64,000 bases of DNA from Octopus bimaculoides (Eukaryota), in contig NC_068994.1 in NCBI RefSeq assembly GCF_001194135.2, positions 17,362,183-17,426,182 on the forward strand, in the 5' to 3' direction. The notes beneath the pieces are model-generated. The model saw only the letters and a program-made list of their open reading frames with translations. It searched no databases and was not told the origin of the DNA. The translations under genes and the position numbers were made by a program. Positions 1 through 11,882 of this stretch are shown one piece after another. How positions within the stretch are numbered: position 1 is the first letter of the stretch; every line of letters starts with the position of its first letter.

Positions 1-465
1 CTAATGTGACATTAGTAAGAAGACAGTGCACTACTGTTGGTGAAAATGGTTTATAGATATTGGTTTTTCTTGATGTATATTGATCATTCAGTTGCTGAGT
101 TTTCTGATAGTTTTACATTTGCTCTTTCAAGTGTATTTCTCTTGTGTCTTATCATTTCTCAATCTTTCATTAAACACTTATCTGGCTAATATTTATTGAT
201 ATACATAGGAGCTATAACTTTTTCAAGGTTTCACACCTAATAAAAAGTATAAAGAGGTTATAACTTGACCTGCTTGGCAGAAGTTGATACATAAATAATA
301 AAATAATATACTCATTGTAAGTGTTATTTTGTTTCAGAAGTAGAATTCCTCTGAAAGTAAACTAAACAAACATTCATAACTCTCAGTTAGCTTTCTGTCA
401 CTTGTCTCATCTTGAAGGCAGATATTTTCTTACTGCTATGATACTTTGTATTTTTCTTCCTGTAG

Positions 466-507
466 CCCTCTCAGAATCGATTTTATGACCAAGTATCACA
501 ACTGAAG
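466..507 (+). CDS. Possible 42-nt phase 0-0 micro-exon (PSQNRFYDQVSQLK), perhaps part of CCDC186
   Basis: Acceptor tttttcttcctgtag, donor AAG|gtttgt, open frame, phase compatible with the exon at 1124. The peptide does not clearly match the CCDC186 residues I recall for this position. Confidence 0.2.
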
Positions 508-1090
508 GTTTGTCAGCTCCCTTCTATTCTCTAGACCTTGAAATATTCACAGATTTTGCCTCCTAGCACTCTCTACAACATATTACTTATACCTTTCTCT
601 TTATCTCATATCTGGAATTAATATTTTTGATTTGTATCAGGTCAGATATTTTTTTCCCATTTGGAATAAAAGAAATTAACCAGGCTTTGTTGATCTAATT
701 CTTCTGGCTTTTAAACCTCATGTTTCTTTCAGAATTACAAGAAGTAAAATCTAATTAATGGTTTAGGGAAAATGATTTTATGCATGCTTCTGCTTTCATA
801 ACTCTCCTAGTCAACTTTTAACTGTGTTCTTTGTGCATGCTTGCTTTCAAAACTGATTTTCCTCTTTGCTTTTTATTTACCACTACCAATTATCAATTCT
901 TACTTAACATAGCATTATTTCCATGTCTCAAAATCATTTATAAGGTGGCTTTTACATTGGTCAAGAATTTCTGGTTGCTTTTTTCTCACATTTTCTTATT
1001 TTTTAATATTTACAAATTGCCTTCTTTTCTATCTCTCTCTTTTACTATTTTTGTCTCATTAACTCTTTTCTTATCACTTCTCTTTGTTGA

Positions 1091-1288
<198 letters not shown>

Positions 1289-1959
1289 TAAAAAATTATA
1301 AGGAAAACAAAGCTACATTAATGAATTCTTTTGTTTTGTGCTTGTCAGGATACATTTTTACTGAAATATTTTGCTTTCTCTTAGAGTTTCTTCCTCTCCA
1401 AATTTATGTTTCTAACACCTTTTCATAAGTTCAGTTACTGTGAGAGAGGAAAATATTGAAATTCTTGAACTCTTGCATGAACTCTTCTATTGACTTATTG
1501 TTACTGGTACAAACCATCACCAGTTTCTTCAGATGCCAGATTTTAATTTAGCCTTAAAGATGTTTTGTACTGCTTCAATTTAATGTAACAAAAATTCCTG
1601 TGTTAATTAGCCAAATATCCTTCCAACAATATATCATGCCAAATATATTGCATGAAATATTGTAGAATAACATAAAATATATCACATTCTGCAGGTGATC
1701 ATGATAAATGAATGGATCCCCCCTCCCTTTTTTGTTAGCAAGACTGGGAGAAGGACACTCTGATATAAAACCACTGGAGAGGTTACCTCCAGGATAATAA
1801 AACATGCAACCTCCATAATCACCCAGTCATCTTGCCTTGGATATCAGATTTTGGGGGAGGATTGGGTGCTATACATGTTGTACAAGTGTGTGGCGTTGAT
1901 ATTTAAATGTACAGATATCTCTTCAAGTCCCATCGCGATAGAATAGTGGTGGCATGTGC

Positions 1960-2635
1960 AGGCTTAACAGGCTGGGAGCGCATAGTCACGAATCTGCACG
2001 TGGGTAGCTCAGGGCCCATATAATGTCACTGCATTGTTGAAAGAACAGCAGCAGAGCATCTGAGCAGCCCTCTCTAGGGTAGCACTGCTCACCCCAGAAA
2101 CCTGGGAAAGGTCTAGAAAAGGATGACCCAAACAAATGTCTGTTCTACCATCAAGCTGGTCAGCAACCTGCAGCTGACAGCTGTTCACTACAGCAGGAGG
2201 AATACAAAGATAAAACATGCAAGCAAGAAATATAGATTATGGGTAGGTGGATGGAATGTCAGGACATTTCTTGATCATGAAGGGTCAAGTAACTCTGAAC
2301 AGCGAACTGGCATAATAGCCAAGGAGTTGGCATCGCCATTGCTGCACTCTCTGAAACTTGGTTGAGTAATAAAGATCAATTGACAGAAACAGGTGTTAGA
2401 TACACTTTCTTTTGGAAGGGTAAACCAAAGAGCGAAAAATGAGTAGGAGGTGTTGGCTTTGCCATTCGTACTGAGTTAACTCACAAAATAGAGCAATCTA
2501 ATGGTTTCAGTGATAGGATTATGTATCTTCAAGCTCTCCTATCATGTAATCGTTTTATGACTGTTATCTCTGTTTATGCTCCTACTCTTGATAGCAGCAG
2601 TGAATCTATTATGGATTTCTACAAAATCTTCTAAT
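1960..2635 (+). mobile_element. RTE-clade LINE 5' fragment (UTR plus decayed AP endonuclease) in the last CCDC186 intron
   Basis: WNVRTFLD...RTGIIAKEL, then YTFFWKGKP..E..VGGVGFAIRTEL...DRIM...TVISVYAPTL with a stop and frameshifts. Confidence 0.85.
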
Positions 2636-2923
2636 GTTCTTCTGTAAAGAAGTGGCAATCATCATACCATTTGTCTACTGCTACTGTTCAATAACTGGTG
2701 TTGGTTTGTTTACATCCTTGTAACTTAGCAGTCTGACAAAAGAGACCAACAGAATAAGTATTGGGCTGATTTCTTTGACTAAACTATCCAAGGTGGTGCT
2801 CCAGCATGGCTTCAGTCCAATGGCTAAAACAATTAAAAGCTAAATAATCACAATAAAAAGAAAATCTATTTTTAATTTTTCTGCAATAATTACTTTTATC
2901 TGTCTCTCTCTTTCTCTCCACAG

Positions 2924-3007
2924 GACAGCCTTGATACACTGGGTAAGGAAATATCTCGTCTCTCACGAGAGAATCGAAAACTGCAGCTTGAACAACAGAG
3001 CCAGTGA
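2924..3007 (+). CDS. CCDC186: Terminal coding exon of CCDC186
   Basis: Acceptor ctctctctttctctccacag, phase 0. Encodes DSLDTLGKEISRLSRENRKLQLEQQSQ*, matching the recalled human ENLQTLGTEIERL. TGA at 3005-3007. Confidence 0.9.
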   Translation, partial: DSLDTLGKEISRLSRENRKLQLEQQSQ

Positions 3008-3759
3008 CATCTTTAAAAAAAAATAACAAGGTGTTTATCATATCATCTAAAACAAGCGAAAAAAAAAATTCATGGAATGAAGCTACACACACATACACAC
3101 AAACATATACATCGGTACGAGGAAAATACTTTTTGGAGGTATGAGGAACATTAGAAGAACACGGGATTATGGTTTCCAAAAAATTTGACATACCAACTAA
3201 ACAATAGCCACAAAATCCTATCTTCTGTTAAAGTAACTACTTCCTTATAATCTTGCATTATTTTCACAGTATATATTTGTGTGTGTGTGTCTGTTTGTGT
3301 ACATGCATGCCGGTGTGTGTGTTTGTGTGTGAGTGCACATACAAATTAGTGTGTGAATTTTTCAGCAAGATCTCCTATATTCTTCACAAATATGAATTCA
3401 CTAAAGAAGTATATAACACACATGTTTCTGTACATATAATTATATAGAATGCAAACACTGGATGACTGTGAAGCTGTGTGTGTTTCTCTATGATTTTCTG
3501 TAAATGAACATATACATGTGTGCATCATGAGTCAGTGAAAAGAAGAAAAACGAAAATCGGTTGAGTTTATATATTCAAACTTCAAAATCTACTTTGAAAG
3601 TTCTTTTTGCAAACCATTAGAATTTGCTAAAACCAAAAAAATATATTGTTCATCAAGATTGCATAAACTCATCTTATTTTTATAAAAAATACTTTCATTT
3701 ACATGGATCCTCTCTCTTTATATATAATGTACGTGAATATATATATTTAGGAGTATGCA

Positions 3760-3992
3760 TAAATTTATATATATATAGACACATACGCACACACACATAT
3801 TGGATGCATGCACACAGACATGCAGGTATGTGTGGGTATAGCTATGTATATATGTGTGTGTGGATGTATAGCTATATATGTGCATGTGTTTGTGTGTATA
3901 ACTATATATATATAAATGGATGGATATGTGTGTGTGTATGTATATATAAGTATATATATATGTATACACATATGTATATGGGTACATATGTA

Positions 3993-4046
<54 letters not shown>

Positions 4047-4052
4047 TATACA
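3760..4052. repeat. Compound (TA)n/(TG)n/(CA)n microsatellite
   Basis: Directly visible. It explains the YIYI/VCVC ORFs. Similar tracts lie at about 19700-20060, 25090-25412, 27795-28170, 33505-33620, 35290-35450 and 55080-55310. Confidence 0.97.
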
Positions 4053-4333
4053 TAATGATTTTAAATAAATAATTTTAGAGCAGTCAAAAGAACTCTTTTT
4101 GTGCATTTGTTGGTTGTGAACAACAATCGAAACTCTTCTGAATTACTGCTTTCAGACTTTGGCACTGATTTAGAAAAACAAACAAAAAAAAGCAAATAAA
4201 AAAAAAAAGGAAAGAAAAAAATGGAAAACTGATCCTGTGTAGACATATTTATTCATTTATTTTCTGAACAATGCCTGAACATATCTTGTCCATACAAGAA
4301 ATCCTTCAAGTTTTAAAAATTGCATAGTGCTTC

Positions 4334-5034
4334 NNNNNNNNNNNNNNNNNNNNNNNNNNNNNNNNNNNNNNNNNNNNNNNNNNNNNNNNNNNNNNNNNNN
4401 NNNNNNNNNNNNNNNNNNNNNNNNNNNNNNNNNNNNNNNNNNNNNNNNNNNNNNNNNNNNNNNNNNNNNNNNNNNNNNNNNNNNNNNNNNNNNNNNNNNN
4501 NNNNNNNNNNNNNNNNNNNNNNNNNNNNNNNNNNNNNNNNNNNNNNNNNNNNNNNNNNNNNNNNNNNNNNNNNNNNNNNNNNNNNNNNNNNNNNNNNNNN
4601 NNNNNNNNNNNNNNNNNNNNNNNNNNNNNNNNNNNNNNNNNNNNNNNNNNNNNNNNNNNNNNNNNNNNNNNNNNNNNNNNNNNNNNNNNNNNNNNNNNNN
4701 NNNNNNNNNNNNNNNNNNNNNNNNNNNNNNNNNNNNNNNNNNNNNNNNNNNNNNNNNNNNNNNNNNNNNNNNNNNNNNNNNNNNNNNNNNNNNNNNNNNN
4801 NNNNNNNNNNNNNNNNNNNNNNNNNNNNNNNNNNNNNNNNNNNNNNNNNNNNNNNNNNNNNNNNNNNNNNNNNNNNNNNNNNNNNNNNNNNNNNNNNNNN
4901 NNNNNNNNNNNNNNNNNNNNNNNNNNNNNNNNNNNNNNNNNNNNNNNNNNNNNNNNNNNNNNNNNNNNNNNNNNNNNNNNNNNNNNNNNNNNNNNNNNNN
5001 NNNNNNNNNNNNNNNNNNNNNNNNNNNNNNNNNN
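4334..5034. other. Assembly gap (N run)
   Basis: Other gaps: 21844-21878, 28606-28927, 35464-35582, 38878-38887, 50292-50543, 55252-55261, 61398-61889. Confidence 0.99.
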
Positions 5035-5792
5035 CGTGGCACCTTGGGCAAGTGTCTTCTACCATAGCCTCGGGCCGACCAAAGCCTCGTGAGTGGATTT
5101 GGTAGACGGAAACTGAAAGAAGCCCGTCGTATATATGTATATATATGTATGTGTGTGTGTATGTGTATATGTTTGTATGTCTGTGTTTGTCCCCCCAACA
5201 TCGCTTGACAACCGATGCTGGTGTGTTTATGTCCTCGTAACTTAGCGGTTCGGCAAAAGAGACCGATAGAATAAGTACTAGGCTTATAAAGAATAAGTCC
5301 TGGGGTCGATTTGCTCGACTAAAGGTGGTGCTCCAGCATGGCCACAGTCAAATGACTGAAACAAGTAAAAGAGTAAACTCTTTTGTTTTTAAATCACAGT
5401 TAAAAATACAGTCTGAATTTTTGGCTTAAATCCTAGCTATAGACCATTAAATGTATTTATGGGGAGAGGGATATTAAAAAACATCAAAGTGTCAGTGACA
5501 AACAAACAAAAACAGTATGAGATGGTTGTGAGATGTGCTAAAAATAACAGTTAAATACCCACTAAATCACAAAAAAAAAAATATTTTTTCATTCTTATTT
5601 TTGCTTTAGTCATATGATTTCCCATGTGTAAAACACAAATTCACGAACATTTTCTGAAAATTCAAAGAAATAAGGAAGTTATGAAGGGTTATATAGCATG
5701 TGTAAACCAGAATTCTGCCTCTCTTAGAACTAATAAATACCTTGCTGCATATGAAACGTCTAACCTCCCATCAGTATATTTTTAGACATTAA

Positions 5793-6394
5793 CCCTTTCA
5801 CATTTGAACTGGCCACATCAGGCAAAAAAGTTTTGTCTGTCTTTTGTTCGACCTCTCACATCTACCTTACAATGTTGTTCTAAAAAATAAACAATCGCAT
5901 CATTAAAATCTTGAAGCTACGTAATAAATGCATGTTTATTTCAAAACAATCATCATCATCATCATTTAATGTTTGCTTTCCATGCTGGCATGGGTTGGAC
6001 AGTTTGACATGAGCGGGTCATCTGAAGAACTGCCCCAGCTCCATGTCTGTTTTGGCATGGTTTTTTTATGGCTGGATGCCCTTCCTAACACCAACCACTT
6101 TACAGAGTGTACTGGGTACTTTTACACAGCACTGACATGGGTGCATTTGTGTTGCACCAGCACCCACAAGCCTGCAAGATTAGGAACACCCAGCTGTAGA
6201 GGGATGCAGGGGACATACCTGTATGCAAGGACCCTGTCATCCCCCACTGTGAGGCCCAACATCTGAAGATCCTTTCTCACCATTTTGTTCTATGTCTTCC
6301 TGGGTCTACCCCTTCCACATGTTCCCTCCACAATGAGAGATCAATGTGAAGAAATAAACATTACATTTGACAAAGTAATCTTAATGCTAAAGGG
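5793..6394. mobile_element. piggyBac-type MITE interrupted by a (GAT)n-tailed SINE (about 5950-6345)
   Basis: TTAA at 5789-92 and 6395-98. TIRs CCCTTTCACATT / AATGCTAAAGGG. Related copies near 8630-8829, 8893-9488 and 35668-35862. Confidence 0.75.
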
Positions 6395-8232
6395 TTAACT
6401 TATATGATATCATATTCGTACCTACATAGGGGTATCAAGGAGGATGCCTCTACGTGGTTTCTCAATTTGCTAGAAATAGCAGCTAAGTATACCTCAACTC
6501 ATATTCCACCATCTTAAATAACAAAAGGTTGCATTAGAAAATGTACTCCCATATGCCCCTTAAAAGCAAGACAGCCATGGGTGGAATGCTTTTGATCATT
6601 TTGCATGCTGGATCAGGGCTGACCTTGACTAAATAAGAGCAACAAGAGATTCTTTCTAGCATGACATGATTCTGTCTGTAATGAAGACATTCCAACAGAT
6701 TCTTGCTACAAACATTACTGTGAACCAAACTTTGTTAAATCTTAACCTACTGTAAGAGCCATTCCCATTTTGGCTCTTACATCTTTATCTTCCAAAAATT
6801 TGAGTGGTTGATTTTGAAGTTATTTCCTTTGATTGCTAATTTTAGATTTTTAACACTTCTTAGGTGAAGTTTTGGTCTATCAATTATATGGATAAGCTTA
6901 GCTAACCAAAGTTTTCCATCTCAATATATCAAATCTCTGAGTATAATATAGTTTGCGCAACAGAAGTTGGTTCTCTTTAGCAAAGCATAACATGGCACGA
7001 GCCAATTGAACACCCAGAAGAACTAATTGCATCATTGGTCTAGCTGTGTCTCTTTGCATTATTGTATGCTGGCAGAATTATTAGCATGCCAAGCAAAATA
7101 CTTAGTAGCATTTCGTCCATCTTTACTTTCCGAGTTCAAATGCTGCCGAGATCAACTTTGCCTTTCATCCTTTCAGGGTTGATAAAGTACCAGTTGAGTA
7201 TTGGGATCAATGTAATCAACCTTCCCCCTCCCACAAAATTCTGGCCTTGTGTCTATAATAGAAAGGATTATTGTATGACTTGCAGCGAGCTGGCAAAATC
7301 ATTAGCATGCCAGACTAATTACTTAGTGGCATTTCTTCGGGTCTTACATTCTGTGTTCAAATTCTGCTGGGGTTGCTTTGCTTTTCAAGGTTGATGGAAT
7401 AAGTACCAGTTGAGCATTGGAGTCAATATAATAGACTATCATCCTCCTCAAAAGTTTCAGGCCCTTTACCTATATAGAAAGGATTATTGCATGATTACCT
7501 CATAGATATATGCCACATACTCCATACTTCATATCATACTTCCAAATTTCAAAAAAATTATACAACTCACTCCCATCTGAAAAAAAAAAATGTGTAAAGT
7601 GATGGCAAATTCCCTGATTTGCATCATTTCTGATGACCACATTTCTGTATGATGTTACTTTAAGCTGATTAAGAAATACGTAGAAATTCTCTCTTTGTCT
7701 TAGTGACAATAATGATGGCAGATATGCATTGACATTGATAATTTACTTAAGATTAACAATCATCTTAGATAAATCAGGATCTCCTCCTTTGTTGTTACTT
7801 GAGCATTAGGCTCACAATCATGAGGTAGTGAGTTCGATTCCTGAACTTGGCTGTGTGTTGTGTTTTTGAGCAAGATACTTTATTTCACATTACACCAGCT
7901 CACTCAGCTGTAGAAATGAGTTGCAACATCACTTGGTGCCAAGCTGTATCAGCCTTTACCTTTCTCTTGACATCAGTGGCATGGAGAGGGGAGGCTGGAA
8001 TGCATGAGCGACTGCTGGTCTTCCATAAACAACCTTGCCTGGGCTTGTGCCTCGGAGGGAAACTTTCTAGGTGCAATCCCATGGTCATTCGTGACTGAAG
8101 GGGGTCTTCACATCTTCCGTCCTTGTTTGATATATAACTAATACTAAGAAAAAAAAACATATTTCTAGTTCAATGCAAACCCCAACATTTACAGACTTCA
8201 CAATCTCTTTAACCCTATAATATTTAAACATA

Positions 8233-8403
8233 GGCGCAGGAGTGGCTGTGTGGTAAGTAGCTTGCTTACCAACCACATGGTTTCGGGTTCAGTCCCACTG
8301 TATGGCATCTTGGGCAAGTGTCTTCTACTATAGCCTCAGGCCGACCAAAGCTTTGTGAGTGGATTTAGTAGACGGAAACTGAAAGAAGCCCATCGTATAT
8401 ATG

Positions 8404-8434
<31 letters not shown>

Positions 8435-8626
8435 ATGTTTGTGTTTGTCCCCCTAGCATTGCTTGACAACCGATGCTGGTGTGTTTATGTCACTTAGCGG
8501 TTCGGCAAAAGAGACCGATAGAATAAGTACTAGGCTTCCAAAGAATAAGTCCCGGGGTCGATTTGCTCGACTAAAGGTGGTGCTACAGCATGGCCGCAGT
8601 CAAATGACTGAAACAAGTAAAAGAAT
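8233..8626 (+). mobile_element. Full-length tRNA-derived SINE, family A (head GGCGCAGGAGTGGCTGTGTGGTAAG, CORE-like CCTTGGGCAAGTG, tail GAAACAAGTAAAAG)
   Basis: A/B-box-like head, internal microsatellite, conserved tail. Other copies (approximate): 5035-5376+, 9049-9449+, 12408-12580+, 17389-17490+ (5' part only), 24235-24575+, 30657-31018+, 32460-32672-, 41590-41990+, 49947-50680-, 55757-56215+, 60100-60315-, 63100-63497+. Confidence 0.92.
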
Positions 8627-9966
8627 AAACCAGTTATATCTGGCCCGAATATTCTACCTGTTCTATGTTCAAACTAGCCAGATCCAAGCTCTCATATCTA
8701 CCCTGCATTCTAAAATCAAATGCATCACTGAAATCTTGAAGCTACATGATAATGCACGATTAATTCAAAACAATGTGAATATATAAGCATTATAATTGAC
8801 AGAGTAATCTGAATGCTAAAGGGTTAAATTCATAAAAGCAAATAAAATTGTGTCAGGTTCATCTAAAAAATTAACAATTGTTAGGAATATTACCCCTTTA
8901 GTATTTAAACTAGCTATACCCAGCCCGATTATTCTATCTGATCCAAACTCTCTCACTTAACCAACAATATCATTCTAAAAATATTTGATCACATCATTAA
9001 AATCTCAAAGATAAGGCATGATAAATTCAAAACAATAAATAAACATTAGGCAAAGGCATGGCTGTGTGGTAAGAAGTTTGCTTCCGAACTACATGGTTCT
9101 GGGTTCAGTCCCACTTCATGGCACTTTGGGCAAGTGTCTTCTACTATAATCTCAGGCCGACCAAAGCTTTGTGAATGAATTTGGTAGACGGAAACTGAAA
9201 GAAGCCTGTCGTATGTGTGTGCGTGTGGCTTTGTATCTATGTTTGTCCCTCCCCCATCATGACTTGACAACCAGTGCTGGTGTGTTTATGTCCTTGTAAA
9301 TTAGTGGTTTGGCAAAGGAGACTGATAGAATAAGTATTAGACTTATAGATAAGTCCTAGGGTTGATTTGTTCAACTAAAGCCCTTCAAGGTGGCACTCCA
9401 GCATGGCTGCAGTTAAATGACTGAAACAAGTAAAAGAATAAAAGAAAGAATTACATTTGACAGAGTAATCTGAATGCTGAATGGTTAACTTGTTGGTTTA
9501 GCTCACAACTAGCTCTCGAAGCAAGAATCATTCAAAGTTATAAAGAAAATAATGATTACAAAAAACAAAAACACAATAATCTGAAAATGGAAACGATTTA
9601 ATTTTCATTATAGGTTCCTTAGTATAAAATACATTTTCTAAAGCCTAGAAAAGATGCAACAAGGAAATTTAAAACTTAGTGACAAGAAGATAATTAAACA
9701 ATATTATCTATTTAATCTATACTACACTACATCAGAGGTAAGGCACTTGTAGCTTTTGCAGTCCTTACATGTTGTCTTCTGGAAGAAGTTTGGATTTTGC
9801 AATGGTTCTAACCAGCAATCAACAAACATGGCCTCATTTTAGTGAAGATTAATTCTTATTCTATTAATTTTACTAATTTTGAGTAATCATGTAGAAGTGC
9901 CTTCTTTGGCTCATAGGGCACCAGCATTATTGTTTAGTGGTGAATTCATATGCTCTTTATTTACAG

Positions 9967-10072
9967 TTAGGTTAGTTGGGCCATAATGTAATCTCTACCA
10001 CTGAGCTGACACTGTGCCAGCAACAGGAGACTGTCATCAATCTCTTTTAGCGCATAGGCTGTTGCTGTTAAT
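9967..10072 (-). CDS. Candidate exon of an unidentified minus-strand gene
   Basis: Strong acceptor ttttatttgttcaccttcag. Phase-2 frame reads LTATAYALKEIDDSLLLLAQCQLSGRDYIMAQLT*; phase-0 frame reads INSNSLCAKRD*. Confidence 0.25.
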
Positions 10073-10256
10073 CTGAAGGTGAACAAATAAAATTACAGGA
10101 ATAACTCATATTTAATTTAAATACCATTAATAGAGTAACTGAATAATGTTTTGAGTTACTTATTATCTGACAAAGCAAGACTTGTATACAATGACAGCAC
10201 AATCTTATTATAATGATGAATTATATGTATATATGGGGCTGAAAAAGAAACCTCAC

Positions 10257-10451
10257 CTGCCCTAAGATAAAACTGAGATCATATCTAAATGCAACAACTT
10301 CAAAGAGGTAATGAACTGCTAAGCCTGCTTGCAGTTCAATCACCTCATTGAAAGAGATATGAAGGAAAGTGTAAATCGGAAAGATGAAAAGAACACTATT
10401 GGTCATTTGTATATTTTTTTTAAACAAGTAGCCAACAAGTGGCCATTCAAT
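10257..10451 (-). CDS. Candidate 195-nt phase 0-0 exon of an unidentified minus-strand gene
   Basis: Acceptor ttgctattttctgcag, donor CAG|gtgagg, open frame IEWPLVGYLF...NEVIELQAGLAVHYLFEVVAFRYDLSFILGQ. No recognised homology. Confidence 0.3.
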
Positions 10452-11245
10452 CTGCAGAAAATAGCAACCAAAACACTCGCATATTACAATATATTAAATA
10501 AACCTATTTTGAATAATGTATTTCCTGATATACTACTGGGATTATCACATCTAGAATATATTTTATCATTGTTTAGTTTCTCAACAAAGTTTTCATAGAG
10601 CCAACAAGGGAAGATTCTCTCATGGGCATGCAACCTGGTGGATACAACAGTCAAATTTCCCTGAAATCAGAACTCTCCATTTTAAAAGGACAGACTGGAA
10701 AACATAGTCCTATATATATACATATATATATACATATATATATATAGTAAGTAGAATAAGAAATAGAAAGTCCTTGGTACAGTATAATATATATATATAT
10801 ATATGTGTGTGTTTGTGTGTGGAGGGTCATAGGATCGCAGTTTCGATTCCCAGACTGGGCGTTGTGAGTGTTTATTGAGTGAAAGCACCTAAAGCTCCAC
10901 GAGGCTCTGGCAGGGAGTGGTGGTGAACCCTGCTGTACTCTTTCACCACAACTTTCTCTCACTCTTTCTTCCTGTTTCTGCTGTAGCTGTATTTCAAAGA
11001 GCCAGCCTTGTCATGCTGAATCTCCTCAAGAACTACGTTAAGGGTACACGTGTCTGTGGAGTGCTCAGACACTTGCACATTAATTTCACGAGCAGGCTGT
11101 TCCATTGATCGGATCAACTGGAACCCTCGTCATCATAACCGATAGAGTGCCACGATATATATATATAGTAGAATAAGAATAGAAAGTCCTTGGTACAGTA
11201 TTATATATATATATATATATACAGACAAGATGTGTGTGCATAATA

Positions 11246-11882
11246 CAGGGTGACCATAAAGTCACGCACCATGGGAGATATCAAGTATGCTTTATTAGCA
11301 AAGAAGTAGGTAATCCATTACAAATGTTCAAAGTGTTGGCCATATAGCTCTAAACAAGTGTTCATATGGAATTTGAAATTGCAGTGAACCCTCTCAAATA
11401 GCTCTTCATTGCCGTTGACTTGTTCACACACTTCAACAATTCTTTGTAGATGTCCTTGGTCACAAATCTTTTCAGAATACACAAGGAATTTAATGTAGAC
11501 TCAGAAGAAAAAGTGCACGGGAGTTAAATCTGTGGTGCCCATTCAATTGGTGCACAATGCCTGAGACATCTTCTGGGAAAATGTTCTTTCTGAAAATCAC
11601 GAACCTGTAATGCATTCCAAGTGAATGTATGTGAGGCATGTCCAGATATGAATCACCTGTCACAGAGCCCTCAAAATAAAGTGGTCCAATTATTTGATGT
11701 GCCAAATCCCACACCACACTACACCATTACCTTGCCCCTACCTTGTTGATTATCTGCCTCCATCCAATGAGGATTGGTTTGTGAGTAATATCGGCAGTTA
11801 TGAAAAAAGATTAAAAAAAAAAAAAGAGAATGTTTGTAATTTCATATATTGCAGGATGGTGCATGACTTTATGGCCACCCTG
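11246..11882 (-). mobile_element. Internally deleted Tc1/mariner element (rosa/DD41D- or maT-like) with intact TIRs
   Basis: 27-bp TIRs CAGGGTG(A/G)CCATAAAGTCA(C/T)GCACCAT at 11246-11272 and 11856-11882, TA on both sides. Transposase remnants VW...IIGPLYFEGSVTGDSYL, DLTPVHFFF*VY and CLELYGQHFEHL*. Confidence 0.88.

Noticed and set aside
3624-5201. Long ORFs of YIYI/VCVC/HTHT type or poly-X (also 19498-20167, 24814-25522, 28458-29098, 33409-33756, 35118-35769, 55054-55591, 61235-62045)
   Set aside because: Translations of dinucleotide microsatellites and N gaps.
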